From NCBI GenBank assembly GCA_024231215.1, contig JAAEQR010000072.1, positions 449,210-513,209 of the forward strand: a DNA stretch of 64,000 nucleotides, given 5' to 3'. This stretch comes from PVC group bacterium (GTDB taxonomy: Bacteria; Omnitrophota; Gorgyraeia; B26-G9). A program made the position numbers and the translations under genes. Below are positions 27,463-36,932 of the stretch, one piece after another. The stretch's first letter is position 1. Each line of letters opens with the position of its first letter. The notes under the pieces are model-generated. The model saw only the letters and a program-made list of their open reading frames with translations. It ran no database searches and was not told the DNA's origin.

Positions 27463-28176
27463 ATGATTATGCAGATTCCTCAGCATATAGCAATGATTAT
27501 GGACGGTAATGGCCGTTGGGCCAAGCAGAAACATTTACCACGGATTGCCGGACATAAGCAGGGTGTAGAGACTGTTAGAAATATGGTGCGAGCCTGCGAT
27601 GATCTGGGAGTGAGATTTCTTACGCTTTATACTTTTTCTACGGAAAACTGGCGTAGAACAAAAATAGAAGTAAATTTTTTAATGCAGCTTTTGAATAAAC
27701 AATTAAATAAGGCTCTTCAGGAGTTGCAGGAAAATAATGTGCGTCTTTTGACTATCGGACGACAGGATGGGTTGCCTAAGAAGGTTCTTGAGGTAATCAC
27801 AAGGGCAGTGGACCAGACAAAGAATAATACTGGTCTTACCTTAATCCTGGCTTTAAATTATGGTTCACGCACAGAAATAGTCGATGCAGCATTAGCGATG
27901 TGTCGTGATGTTCAAAATGGAAATATCTCTTCAGAGGCTGTTACAGAAGAAGTGTTTAACCGGTATCTTTATACCGCAGATATTCCCGATCCGGATCTTT
28001 TAATACGTACAGGCGGGGAAATGCGTTTAAGCAATTTTTTGCTTTGGCAGCTTTCGTATAGCGAAATATATGTAACTGAAAAATTCTGGCCTGATTTTAA
28101 TAAGCAGGACTTAAAAGAGGCTATAGCTGAATTTCAGAAAAGAGACCGTAGGTTTGGCGGAGTGAAAAAAATATGA
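27463..28176 (+). CDS. uppS: undecaprenyl diphosphate synthase (isoprenyl transferase)
   Basis: HIAMIMDGNGRWAK...GHKQG...LTLYTFSTENWRR...RTGGEMRLSNFLLWQLSYSE are the canonical cis-IPPS blocks. Confidence 0.9.
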   Translation: MIMQIPQHIAMIMDGNGRWAKQKHLPRIAGHKQGVETVRNMVRACDDLGVRFLTLYTFSTENWRRTKIEVNFLMQLLNKQLNKALQELQENNVRLLTIGRQDGLPKKVLEVITRAVDQTKNNTGLTLILALNYGSRTEIVDAALAMCRDVQNGNISSEAVTEEVFNRYLYTADIPDPDLLIRTGGEMRLSNFLLWQLSYSEIYVTEKFWPDFNKQDLKEAIAEFQKRDRRFGGVKKI

Positions 28177-28994
28177 ATACACTGTTAATGAAAAGAATTG
28201 TAACTGCAATTTCTGTGATTTTATTTGTGAGCTGGGGATTATTTTTTTTACCGGCCTGGGTTTACGCTGGAGTCGTAGTTTTTTTAATTGGCATGGGATT
28301 GTATGAGTTTTACTCTCTGATTGAAAAAAAAGGAATTTTTATTTACAAATATTTTGGAATACTTATGGGTATGCTTATTCCGCTAAGTATTTATTTTCGT
28401 TTTGAACCAACCAAAGGCTGGGAACTTTTTTTTATAGTTACCGCCACATTAATCTTTTTTGTCCTGCAATTTATACGCAAGGATAGTTCTCAAGCGATTG
28501 TTGGTATTTCTACGACTTTTTTTGGTATATTTTATGTAAGTTGGTTTTTTTCCTTTTTAATAAAGATAAGATTTTTGCCGCAGGGAATGTATTTGGCAGC
28601 ATTTTTGCTTTTAGTTACAAAAATCGGAGATGTTGGCGCTTATACCATAGGTAGTATGTTTGGAAAGCGTTTATTGATTACCAGAATTAGTCCGAAAAAG
28701 ACATTAGAAGGTGCTATCGGAGGCTTAATATTTAGCATAGCGGCGGCGTTAATAAGTAAATTATATTTGCCCTATATCTCCATTCTTCATCTTGCGGCTA
28801 TGGGTGCACTTATTGGATTGCTGGCGCAAATTGGTGATTTGTGTGAATCTTTGATTAAGCGTGATTGTGAGGTTAAAGATAGCGGAAATTATCTCCCGGG
28901 CTTGGGAGGAGTGTTGGATATTATAGACAGCATTATTTTCACTAGCCCGATTTTTTATTTTTATATAATTCATTTTAACTTAATCCCCTCGTAG
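28173..28994 (+). CDS. cdsA: phosphatidate cytidylyltransferase
   Basis: Polytopic protein; C-terminal KKTLEGAIGG...GDLCESLIKRDCEVKDSGNYLPGLGGVLD matches the CdsA signature. ATGA coupling to uppS. Confidence 0.85.
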   Translation: MNTLLMKRIVTAISVILFVSWGLFFLPAWVYAGVVVFLIGMGLYEFYSLIEKKGIFIYKYFGILMGMLIPLSIYFRFEPTKGWELFFIVTATLIFFVLQFIRKDSSQAIVGISTTFFGIFYVSWFFSFLIKIRFLPQGMYLAAFLLLVTKIGDVGAYTIGSMFGKRLLITRISPKKTLEGAIGGLIFSIAAALISKLYLPYISILHLAAMGALIGLLAQIGDLCESLIKRDCEVKDSGNYLPGLGGVLDIIDSIIFTSPIFYFYIIHFNLIPS

Positions 28995-29008
28995 GGGCAC
29001 AGCGTGCT

Positions 29009-30181
29009 GTGACCTTGGACAGCCCCATGAAGAAAATTTCTATTTTAGGTGCAACTGGTTCTATCGGCACTAATACATTAGATGTGATTAGCAAAAGACC
29101 TGTTGATTTCAGGGTCATTGGTCTTAGTGCCTATAGCAATATGAGGTTACTGGCTAAGCAAATAAAATTATTTAAGCCAAAGTTAGTTAGTGTGAAAGAC
29201 CAGGATAGTATCCGAGAACTGGAGAAATTGACGGATTTATCAGGGATTCGGGTATATACTCAAGAACAAGGACTGAGTAAGATTGCTACACACCGGGAAA
29301 CCGAGATCCTGGTGGTGGCTACTAGCGGGACGATAAGCCTGGTCCCGACATTGTTGGCAATTGAACAAGGCAAAACAATTGCTTTGGCGAATAAAGAGCC
29401 GTTAGTGATGGCTGGAAAAATTGTGATGGAACGGCTCAGGAAATCCAAGGGCAAGATTATTCCGGTGGATTCTGAGCATAGTGCTGTATTCCAGTGTTTG
29501 CAGAATTCAGATATCAATACGGTTAAAAATATATATCTGACCGGCAGCGGTGGGCCTTTTCGGGAATTTTCTAAACAAAAATTAAAAACAGTAAGTTTAG
29601 AGATGGCTTTAAAACACCCTAAATGGAAAATGGGCCGGAAAATAACTATAGATTCGGCAACGTTAATGAATAAAGGCCTTGAAATCATTGAGGCGCGCTG
29701 GCTTTTTGATATAGCGCCTGAAAAAATTAAAGTCGTAGTGCATCCGGAAGCGATTATTCATTCAATGGTTGAGTTTTATGACGGTTCTGTTTTATCTCAG
29801 ATGGGAGTAACTGATATGCGTTTACCGATACAGTATGCTTTAGATTATCCGAATCGTCGACCAAATCATTTGAAGGCTGTAGATTTTTTTGCGCTTAAAA
29901 AACTTACTTTTTTTAAGCCGGATGAAAATAAATTCCCCTGTCTTAAAATAGCTAAAAAAATTGCAGCAGAATCAGGGACAGGCGGGTGTGTAATGAACGC
30001 AGCGAACGAAGTGGCGGTAAATGCGTTCTTAACTGGAAAAATCGGATTCATGTCGATATCGAAGATAATCGAAAGCGTGCTTAAAAGGCACAAGCGGATG
30101 AAATCTCCGACATTGGACCAAATATTTGAATGTGATGATTGGGCAAGAAGGGAGGCGCGGTTACTTTGTTATCAACAATAG
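29009..30181 (+). CDS. dxr: 1-deoxy-D-xylulose 5-phosphate reductoisomerase; GTG start at 29009, with an alternative ATG at 29027
   Basis: KKISILGATGSIGTNTLDVI NADPH-binding N-terminus. Conserved LANKEPLVMAG and EHSAVFQC blocks. Confidence 0.9.
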   Translation: MTLDSPMKKISILGATGSIGTNTLDVISKRPVDFRVIGLSAYSNMRLLAKQIKLFKPKLVSVKDQDSIRELEKLTDLSGIRVYTQEQGLSKIATHRETEILVVATSGTISLVPTLLAIEQGKTIALANKEPLVMAGKIVMERLRKSKGKIIPVDSEHSAVFQCLQNSDINTVKNIYLTGSGGPFREFSKQKLKTVSLEMALKHPKWKMGRKITIDSATLMNKGLEIIEARWLFDIAPEKIKVVVHPEAIIHSMVEFYDGSVLSQMGVTDMRLPIQYALDYPNRRPNHLKAVDFFALKKLTFFKPDENKFPCLKIAKKIAAESGTGGCVMNAANEVAVNAFLTGKIGFMSISKIIESVLKRHKRMKSPTLDQIFECDDWARREARLLCYQQ

Positions 30182-31257
30182 CATTTATTTTCGTGTTAAG
30201 TATTTTAGTTGTAGTGCATGAGTTTGGACATTTTATTGTAGCCAAACTTATGAAGGTAAGAGTGGAAACTTTTTCTGTTGGTTTTGGAAAAAAACTCATT
30301 TCTTTTACTCGTGGAGATACAGAGTATTGTGTTTCGGCGATTCCCTTAGGTGGTTATGTGAAAATGTCTGGAGACAATCCGGAAGAAGAACGACAGGGCA
30401 ATTCATGGGAATTTCTATCTAAGCCTGTAGGTGAACGTGCAGCGATTGTTGCGGCCGGACCATTGTTTAATTATATATTTGCGTTTATTGTGTTTAGTAT
30501 AGTTTTTTTTATTGGATTTTCTGTTCCGACGGCTAAAATCGGAGAAATTGTAGCTGACTATCCTGCGCAAACAGCTGGGGTGCAAGAAGGGGACAGGATT
30601 GTTTCTATTGCCGGTGAAAATGTGAAAACATGGGATGAATTATCGGCTATAATACAGCAAAAGACACAGAATATTCCGGTTAGCTTTGAAATAGAACGAA
30701 AAAATATACTACAGAATGTAATGATAACTCCTAAGGTTATAGAAGAGAAAAATCTATTTGGAGAAGATATTAAAATTGGGGTGATTGGAATTAGACAATC
30801 CAGTGAAGTAACGTTAGTTCGTTTTGGAGTTGGAGAGTCTGTGATTAAAGGGGCTCAACAGGTTTGGATGGTTACACATGTGACGTATAAAATGTTATCC
30901 AAAGTATTTACCGGACAGATGTCTATGCGCAAATCAATTGCCGGACCGATTGGGATATTCAAGATTACCGGAGATGCCGCAAAGACAGGCTTTTCCTCAT
31001 TATTGCAGATTATGGCATTGTTGAGTGTAAGTTTGGCGATTATAAATCTTTTTCCGATACCTGTACTTGACGGAGGACATCTGGTTTTTATGTTTATTGA
31101 AAAGATAAAAGGGAAACCAGTAAGCATCAAAACTCAGGAAGTTGCAACCCGGATCGGATTTGCTTTACTTTTGGCTTTGATGGTTTTTACTGTCTATAAT
31201 GATTTACTGCGATATGATTTTTTTCAAAAAGTTTGTGGCTTTTTTACAAAGAAATAA
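30139..31257 (+). CDS. rseP: RIP zinc metalloprotease RseP (site-2 protease) with PDZ domain; exact start uncertain, possibly TTG at 30166
   Basis: HEFGHFIVAK (HExxH in TM1). PDZ region GVQEGDRIVSIAGENV. C-terminal LDGG motif LFPIPVLDGGHLVF. Confidence 0.85.
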   Translation: MGKKGGAVTLLSTIAFIFVLSILVVVHEFGHFIVAKLMKVRVETFSVGFGKKLISFTRGDTEYCVSAIPLGGYVKMSGDNPEEERQGNSWEFLSKPVGERAAIVAAGPLFNYIFAFIVFSIVFFIGFSVPTAKIGEIVADYPAQTAGVQEGDRIVSIAGENVKTWDELSAIIQQKTQNIPVSFEIERKNILQNVMITPKVIEEKNLFGEDIKIGVIGIRQSSEVTLVRFGVGESVIKGAQQVWMVTHVTYKMLSKVFTGQMSMRKSIAGPIGIFKITGDAAKTGFSSLLQIMALLSVSLAIINLFPIPVLDGGHLVFMFIEKIKGKPVSIKTQEVATRIGFALLLALMVFTVYNDLLRYDFFQKVCGFFTKK

Positions 31258-31263
31258 TTAGCA

Positions 31264-32328
31264 ATGAAAATAAAACGAAGAAAGACAAGAAAAATATTTA
31301 TAGGTAATGTTCCGGTTGGCGGAGGCAGTCCTGTTTCTATACAGTCGATGACTAAGACTGATACCCGGGATGTAGCAAAAACTGTAAGTCAGATCAAAAG
31401 GCTAGAGCAAGCTGGTTGTCAGATCGTCAGAGTCGCGGTTGAAGATGAGGCAGCGGCGCGAGCTATAGCTAAGATCAAAAGAAAAATTAAAATCCCGTTG
31501 GTGGCAGACATTCATTTCCATTATAAACTGGCTCTTTTAGCTATGGAAAATGGAGCGGACAAGATCAGATTGAATCCCGGTAATATCCAAAAACGAAGTC
31601 AAATTGAAGCTGTAGTAAATACAGCCAAAAAATATAAGGTGCCAATACGAATTGGTCTTAATTCCGGGTCGGTTAAGAGAACTCCAAAGAAAACATTGGT
31701 TGATGATCTAGTAGCTGCTGCAGTATCCTATCGTGACCTTTTTCGTGAATTAAAGTTTAATAAAATAATTTTTTCTTTAAAAACTCCGGATGTGTTGACT
31801 ACAATCGAAGCATATCGGCGTATGGCAAAATTGACTGATGCTCCTATGCATTTGGGGGTAACTGCTACTGGTTTGCCGCAGAATGGGATTATAAAAACAA
31901 GTATTGCCCTGGGAACATTATTACTTGAAGGAATTGGTGATACTATCCGTGTTTCATTAACTTGCGATCCTGTAGATGAGGTGATCGCAGCTCGGGAAAT
32001 GTTACAAGCACTTTCCCTTCGTAATTTTGGAGTGGAGGTAATATCCTGCCCGACATGTGGTAGATGCAAGCTGGATCTTATGAATATAGTAAAAAAGGTT
32101 GAAAAAAAATTATCTGAAATAGAATATCGCAATACTAAGAAGAAGATAACAGTTGCGGTTATGGGATGTGTGGTTAACGGTCCGGGAGAAGCTAAGGAAG
32201 CAGATATTGGTGTTGCCTGGGGCGGTAAAACAGGTATACTATTTAAAAAGGGAAAACAAATACGGTTAGTTAATGAGAAAGAATTAATTAAAACATTATT
32301 TGAGGAGGTAAGCAATGAAATGGTCTGA
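31264..32328 (+). CDS. ispG: 4-hydroxy-3-methylbut-2-enyl diphosphate synthase
   Basis: KTRKIFIGNVPVGGGSPVSIQSMTKTDTRDV N-terminus. C-terminal 4Fe-4S cysteines (CPTCGRC ... GCVVNGPGE). Confidence 0.9.
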   Translation: MKIKRRKTRKIFIGNVPVGGGSPVSIQSMTKTDTRDVAKTVSQIKRLEQAGCQIVRVAVEDEAAARAIAKIKRKIKIPLVADIHFHYKLALLAMENGADKIRLNPGNIQKRSQIEAVVNTAKKYKVPIRIGLNSGSVKRTPKKTLVDDLVAAAVSYRDLFRELKFNKIIFSLKTPDVLTTIEAYRRMAKLTDAPMHLGVTATGLPQNGIIKTSIALGTLLLEGIGDTIRVSLTCDPVDEVIAAREMLQALSLRNFGVEVISCPTCGRCKLDLMNIVKKVEKKLSEIEYRNTKKKITVAVMGCVVNGPGEAKEADIGVAWGGKTGILFKKGKQIRLVNEKELIKTLFEEVSNEMV

Positions 32329-34057
32329 ACTTTTACTTCCTACTTTGAAGGAAACCCCGGCAGAAGCAGAGGCAATAAGCCATATTCTGATGATCCGGGC
32401 GGGGTTAATCCGTAAACTTACCTCGGGAGTGTATTCTTACTTGCCCTTAGGATTTCGAGTCTTAAAGAAGGTAGAAGATATCATTCGGCAGGAAATGAAT
32501 GATAAAGGAGCGCAGGAGGTATTGCTCCCGGCAATTCAGCCGGCTGAACTCTGGATGAGAAGTGGGCGTTTTGAAGCGTTGGGTGAGGATATGATCACGT
32601 TTACGGATAGACATAAGAAACTGAATGTTTTAGGGCCAACACATGAGGAAGTTATTACATCATTGGTGAAAAATGAAGTCAGTTCATATCGTCAGCTGCC
32701 ATTAATTATCTATCAGATCCAGACCAAGTTTCGGGATGAAGCAAGGCCTAGGTTTGGGGTGATGCGTTCGCGCGAATTTATTATGAAAGATGCCTATAGT
32801 TTTGACCGTGACTGGGAAGGGTTAGATAAAAGTTATCAGAAGATGTACGATGCATATTGCCGTATATTTAACCGTTGTGGATTGAAGTTTCTTCCGGTAG
32901 AAGCAGATACCGGGATGATGGGTGGAGATACATCGCATGAATTTATGGTTTTAGCTGAAAATGGGGAAGATCGTATCGCACGATGTAAAAAATGTAATTA
33001 TGCTGCTAGTATGACTAAGGCTGAATGCGTTTTACCAGATATACCCTTGCGGGCACAGGCCAGTGGACAGATACTAGATTCCAGAGAAATAGAGAAGATG
33101 AAGACTCCGGGGGTTAGTTCTGTAAGAGATGTTGCGGAATTTTTAAAAGTAACTTCGGAGAAATTGATTAAGACTATACTCTATGAGAAAGATGGTAAAC
33201 CGGTAGCTATTCTGGTAAGGGGTGATCATGATGTTAATGAAACTAAATTGACGCATGTGTTAAAAACAAATCAGCTTGTAATGGCGGATGAAAAAATGAT
33301 CAAGAATATAACTAAAGGTCCTATGGGGTTTAGCGGTCCGGTAGGTTTAAAAGGTGTTGAAATTATTGCGGATCTGTCGCTTAAACAAGGGGAAAACTGG
33401 ATTATTGGGGCGAATGAAGCAGACACGCATTTTAAAAACGTTAATATTGGAAGAGACTTTGAGGTTTTGCATTGGGCAGATGTACGGAATATTACAGAAT
33501 CAGATACATGTCCTAAGTGTAATGAAAGTATTGAGATTAGTTCTGCGATTGAGGCAGGGCATGTTTTTAAGTTGGGAACAAAATACACCGATAGTTTAGA
33601 AGCCGATATCCTAGATGAAAAAGGAAAGAGTTCTAGGATTATCATGGGGTGTTATGGGATCGGCGTAACTAGAATAGTTGCGGCATGTATTGAGCAAAAC
33701 TACGATGATCACGGGATTATTTGGCCGATAGAGATTTGCCCTTTTCAGGCGGTTGTGATGCCTCTTAATCCGGATCATGATGCTTCGATTGCTGAGGCTC
33801 AGAAGATATACAACCAGTTGCAGGATGCCGGGATTGAGGTGCTTTTTGACGATCGGAATGTCCGGGCAGGTATAAAATTTAAAGATGCTGATTTGATTGG
33901 TTTCCCGATCCAGATTATTATTGGAGAAAAGAGCTTGGCTCAGAATCTCATAGAGATGAAAGTTCGTAATACGGATGATCGCAGTAAAATAAAGAGTGGA
34001 GAGGTATTGAACGCTGTACTTCAGAACATAAAAAATTTATATAAAAATAATAAATAA
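32315..34057 (+). CDS. proS: prolyl-tRNA synthetase (bacterial type with INS editing domain)
   Basis: Class II aaRS motifs (FRDEARPRFGVMRSREFIMKDAYSF; GCYGIGVTR). Approximately 580 aa is consistent with the bacterial-type enzyme. Confidence 0.9.
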   Translation: MKWSELLLPTLKETPAEAEAISHILMIRAGLIRKLTSGVYSYLPLGFRVLKKVEDIIRQEMNDKGAQEVLLPAIQPAELWMRSGRFEALGEDMITFTDRHKKLNVLGPTHEEVITSLVKNEVSSYRQLPLIIYQIQTKFRDEARPRFGVMRSREFIMKDAYSFDRDWEGLDKSYQKMYDAYCRIFNRCGLKFLPVEADTGMMGGDTSHEFMVLAENGEDRIARCKKCNYAASMTKAECVLPDIPLRAQASGQILDSREIEKMKTPGVSSVRDVAEFLKVTSEKLIKTILYEKDGKPVAILVRGDHDVNETKLTHVLKTNQLVMADEKMIKNITKGPMGFSGPVGLKGVEIIADLSLKQGENWIIGANEADTHFKNVNIGRDFEVLHWADVRNITESDTCPKCNESIEISSAIEAGHVFKLGTKYTDSLEADILDEKGKSSRIIMGCYGIGVTRIVAACIEQNYDDHGIIWPIEICPFQAVVMPLNPDHDASIAEAQKIYNQLQDAGIEVLFDDRNVRAGIKFKDADLIGFPIQIIIGEKSLAQNLIEMKVRNTDDRSKIKSGEVLNAVLQNIKNLYKNNK

Positions 34058-34123
34058 AGTATAATATTAATGTAAATTATTTAATATATAGATATTGATA
34101 AAGCGGTCTTAGAGAAAAAACGA

Positions 34124-34152
34124 TTGACATTTTATCCGTTTTATGTTAAAAA
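34124..34152 (+). promoter_or_regulatory. possible promoter for the pil operon (TTGACA, 17-nt spacer, TAAAAA; weak -10)
   Basis: TTGACA at 34124-34129 in the AT-rich 160-bp gap between proS and pilM. The -10 is poor. Confidence 0.25.
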
Positions 34153-34218
34153 AGTATTATATCGGAAAAGTCGAAACAATAGGGGAAAAAGGACTTTACA
34201 AAAAAACGGATTTTAAAA

Positions 34219-35880
34219 ATGCTGACTTTTTATAAAAGTTCGGTAGGGATTTATATAGGCCCTAAATCAATACAGTTGGCTCAGTTGAAGTCAGTGGCCG
34301 GCCGTATTCAATTGACTAACTTTGTTCACGTTGATATTCTCGAGGATGAAATTAGCTCTGAATCAGCTACCCAAGAGTCTCTCATTCATAATGCTCTCCG
34401 CAAAGCCGTTAATAAAGCTAAAATTGATCTAAAAAAAGTTAATACTGTACTTATGCCTGGAATGGTGTTGTTGCGCTATTTCCAAATGCCTAAGATTTCT
34501 GCCGAAGAGATGGAAGAAGCAGTTCGATTTGAAGCAAGGAAATATATTCCTTTTCGTTTAGAAGAAGCAGTAACCGGATTCTATATTCTTAAAGATGATC
34601 CGGAAAACAGAAAAGTAGGGATTCTTTCTTTAGTTACCAAAGAAGAATCTATAAAAAATCATTTATCTGTCCTGAATAAAGTAAACATCAATCCAGTAGC
34701 AGTGGAAACTGCGTCTTTTGCGCTTATCCGTCTTTTAGAATATTCTCAAGAAATAGAAAAGGAAGAGTCGAATGTAGTAATATACATTTATGCTCAGAGA
34801 GTAAATATTGTTATTTTAAAAAATGGAGTACCGTATTTTGTAAGAGATATCTCTTTGGGCAGAAGAGAAGAATGGCTAGATGATGAGACCGCAGCATTAC
34901 TTTTGGAGGATGGTGGAGAGATGTCTGATAGTCGGATGGCTATTTTAGAGAATCTCTTAAGTGAACTTCGAATTTCCCTTGAATATTATAAAAAAGAATT
35001 AGGAAAAGAGCAAATAAATAAGGTGATCTTGTGTGGTGAAATAGATGATTTTGATGATTTGGAAGTTGTTGCTCAAGCGGCACAAGAAGAACCGGACGCT
35101 GAATCACCTTTATCTGTATATTTGAAAAAGAAATTGAACTTACCGGTTGTTACCATAGATCCTCTTAAAACCATTCAAACTCCCAAAGCAAAACCTTTGC
35201 CATATACATTTCCGATGCTGGCAATAACCGTTGGTGCTGCGCTAAGAAATCTTACCAAATCCACAGTAGAAATAGACCTTTTTAAAGCGCGGAAAAAGAC
35301 AAGTATAAAAAAGAAGATTTTTATTAATAAAATGATGGTTATTGAAGGGTCAGCTTTGCTTATAAGTCTTATTGTTCTGTTTTTTCTGTTTTCCATTTTT
35401 GTTTCAAATGAAAAAAGTCTTTTGGAAAAAGAAAAACAAAATAGGCCTAAGTTTATGGAGCTAAGCCATTTTAAAAATAAACAGTTGAAAGAGGGCGAAA
35501 AGCAGATTGATAAACGCTTAAAAAAATACAAAGCAATGGTTTCAAAAAGAGTTTATCTTACCCCTAAATTAAATGTTTTAGCCAAATCTGTCCCCAAGGG
35601 TATCTGGTTCTCAGACTTAAACTATGGTGTGATAAAGATTCCTGGGAAAGGGAAGCAAAAGATAGGAAAAATTTTAAAGTTAAGTGGCAGGGTTTTTGTT
35701 GAGAAAAAAGGAACAGAGATTGAAATAATAAATAAATTAACAGAGGATTTGAAGAAGAACGAAGACTTTTTTGAGGGCTTTAAGGTTATAAAGACAGGTT
35801 CTGTAAAGAGAGAAGAATATATGGTCATCCCTGTAATGGGATTTTCCTTGCAGTGTTCTTCGGATATTTCAGGACAATAG
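34219..35880 (+). CDS. pilM: type IV pilus assembly protein PilM fused to a PilN-like TM/periplasmic module
   Basis: N-terminal ~350 aa actin-like ATPase fold, PilM pattern (IGPKSIQLAQLK...). Single TM MMVIEGSALLISLIVLFFLF at aa ~378-397, followed by a ~150-aa periplasmic region as in PilN. Confidence 0.7.
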   Translation: MLTFYKSSVGIYIGPKSIQLAQLKSVAGRIQLTNFVHVDILEDEISSESATQESLIHNALRKAVNKAKIDLKKVNTVLMPGMVLLRYFQMPKISAEEMEEAVRFEARKYIPFRLEEAVTGFYILKDDPENRKVGILSLVTKEESIKNHLSVLNKVNINPVAVETASFALIRLLEYSQEIEKEESNVVIYIYAQRVNIVILKNGVPYFVRDISLGRREEWLDDETAALLLEDGGEMSDSRMAILENLLSELRISLEYYKKELGKEQINKVILCGEIDDFDDLEVVAQAAQEEPDAESPLSVYLKKKLNLPVVTIDPLKTIQTPKAKPLPYTFPMLAITVGAALRNLTKSTVEIDLFKARKKTSIKKKIFINKMMVIEGSALLISLIVLFFLFSIFVSNEKSLLEKEKQNRPKFMELSHFKNKQLKEGEKQIDKRLKKYKAMVSKRVYLTPKLNVLAKSVPKGIWFSDLNYGVIKIPGKGKQKIGKILKLSGRVFVEKKGTEIEIINKLTEDLKKNEDFFEGFKVIKTGSVKREEYMVIPVMGFSLQCSSDISGQ

Positions 35881-35899
35881 AGTAATTTTATAATAAGGA

Positions 35900-36445
35900 T
35901 TGAGAAATATGATAGGGTCAGGGTTTTCTTTACCTAAAGAAATTAAAAACACATTAGCTATTGGTGTTACTATTTTTGTTGTTGTTCTCTTTTTTGGCGG
36001 GCGGTTTATATATAAACGGAGTTTGAAGAAATTAATCGGATACAAAAAACAACGTTCTCGTGTAGAATTGGAGAATAAGGTTGGAAAAAAACTAGCTGAA
36101 CTGCAAAAGATTCGTGAGAATATGCCTATAATTAAAGAAAGTGCTCATTTTTTATCGGAAGTTGCGAAAGTAGCGGGTGCGCTTAATATGAACATGGTTT
36201 CAATATCAGCTCAACCGGTTGAGAGAAGAAAAGATATGGTGAAATTTTCCGTGCAGATGGAACTGGATACCACATATCATCAACTCGGGGCGTTTATTAG
36301 TAAGATAGAAGGGGGCGATTTATTTGTCAACGTGGATGCATTGGATATTAGGTCTAAATCTAATCAGGAAACAACGAAGGCTGCGATTGTAGCAGAGATA
36401 ACTGTGCATACCTTTTATTTGACAGATACTGATTTGGAGAAATAA
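35900..36445 (+). CDS. pilO: PilO-like type IV pilus inner-membrane assembly protein
   Basis: N-terminal TM (LAIGVTIFVVVLFFGG), coiled-coil, ~100-aa C-terminal domain. Position between pilMN and pilP/Q. Confidence 0.5.
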   Translation: MRNMIGSGFSLPKEIKNTLAIGVTIFVVVLFFGGRFIYKRSLKKLIGYKKQRSRVELENKVGKKLAELQKIRENMPIIKESAHFLSEVAKVAGALNMNMVSISAQPVERRKDMVKFSVQMELDTTYHQLGAFISKIEGGDLFVNVDALDIRSKSNQETTKAAIVAEITVHTFYLTDTDLEK

Positions 36446-36915
36446 TGAGGAAAACATTTGCAATTTTACTTACAGTTATATTTATTTTTTCGCTAGCAGC
36501 ATCTATTGATGCTGCTCCTAAAAAGAGTAAGAAGAAAAGTAAAAAAGAAACGTCAAAAAACATCGGTAAAAAACAACATGGTGCAATAAAATACACAGGT
36601 TTTGAGGCAAAACGTGATCCATTCGGTGTGCCAGCGATAATTGAGAAGATGCTTCTAAAGCCAGATATAGCTATTGGTGCGGGGCAAGAAGAAGTAATTA
36701 AACTTCCATCGATATTTGTGCAAGGGATTATCTGGTCTAAAAGAAGGCCTCAGGCTATTGTAGATAATAATGTGCTGAAGGTGGGCGATTATATTAAAGA
36801 ATTTGAGATAAAAGAAATAAAAAGAAAAAGCATTGAATTATTTTATAAAGGAAAGACATTTTCTGTGCCTGTAGCAGGTACAAGTTCTACAAGTAAAAGT
36901 AAAAGTAAAAAATAA
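36445..36915 (+). CDS. PilP-like periplasmic protein with signal peptide and K/S-rich low-complexity segments
   Basis: Signal peptide MRKTFAILLTVIFIFSLAASIDAA. Small beta-rich C-terminal domain. Position immediately upstream of the secretin. Confidence 0.4.
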   Translation: MRKTFAILLTVIFIFSLAASIDAAPKKSKKKSKKETSKNIGKKQHGAIKYTGFEAKRDPFGVPAIIEKMLLKPDIAIGAGQEEVIKLPSIFVQGIIWSKRRPQAIVDNNVLKVGDYIKEFEIKEIKRKSIELFYKGKTFSVPVAGTSSTSKSKSKK

Positions 36916-36932
36916 AGATAAGGAGTGTAAAG

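Noticed and set aside
31728-32315. 195-aa ORF on the - strand in the ORF track
   Set aside because: Lies entirely antisense within ispG. It is a low-complexity S/T/P-rich translation typical of a shadow ORF opposite a real gene, with no motif or RBS support.
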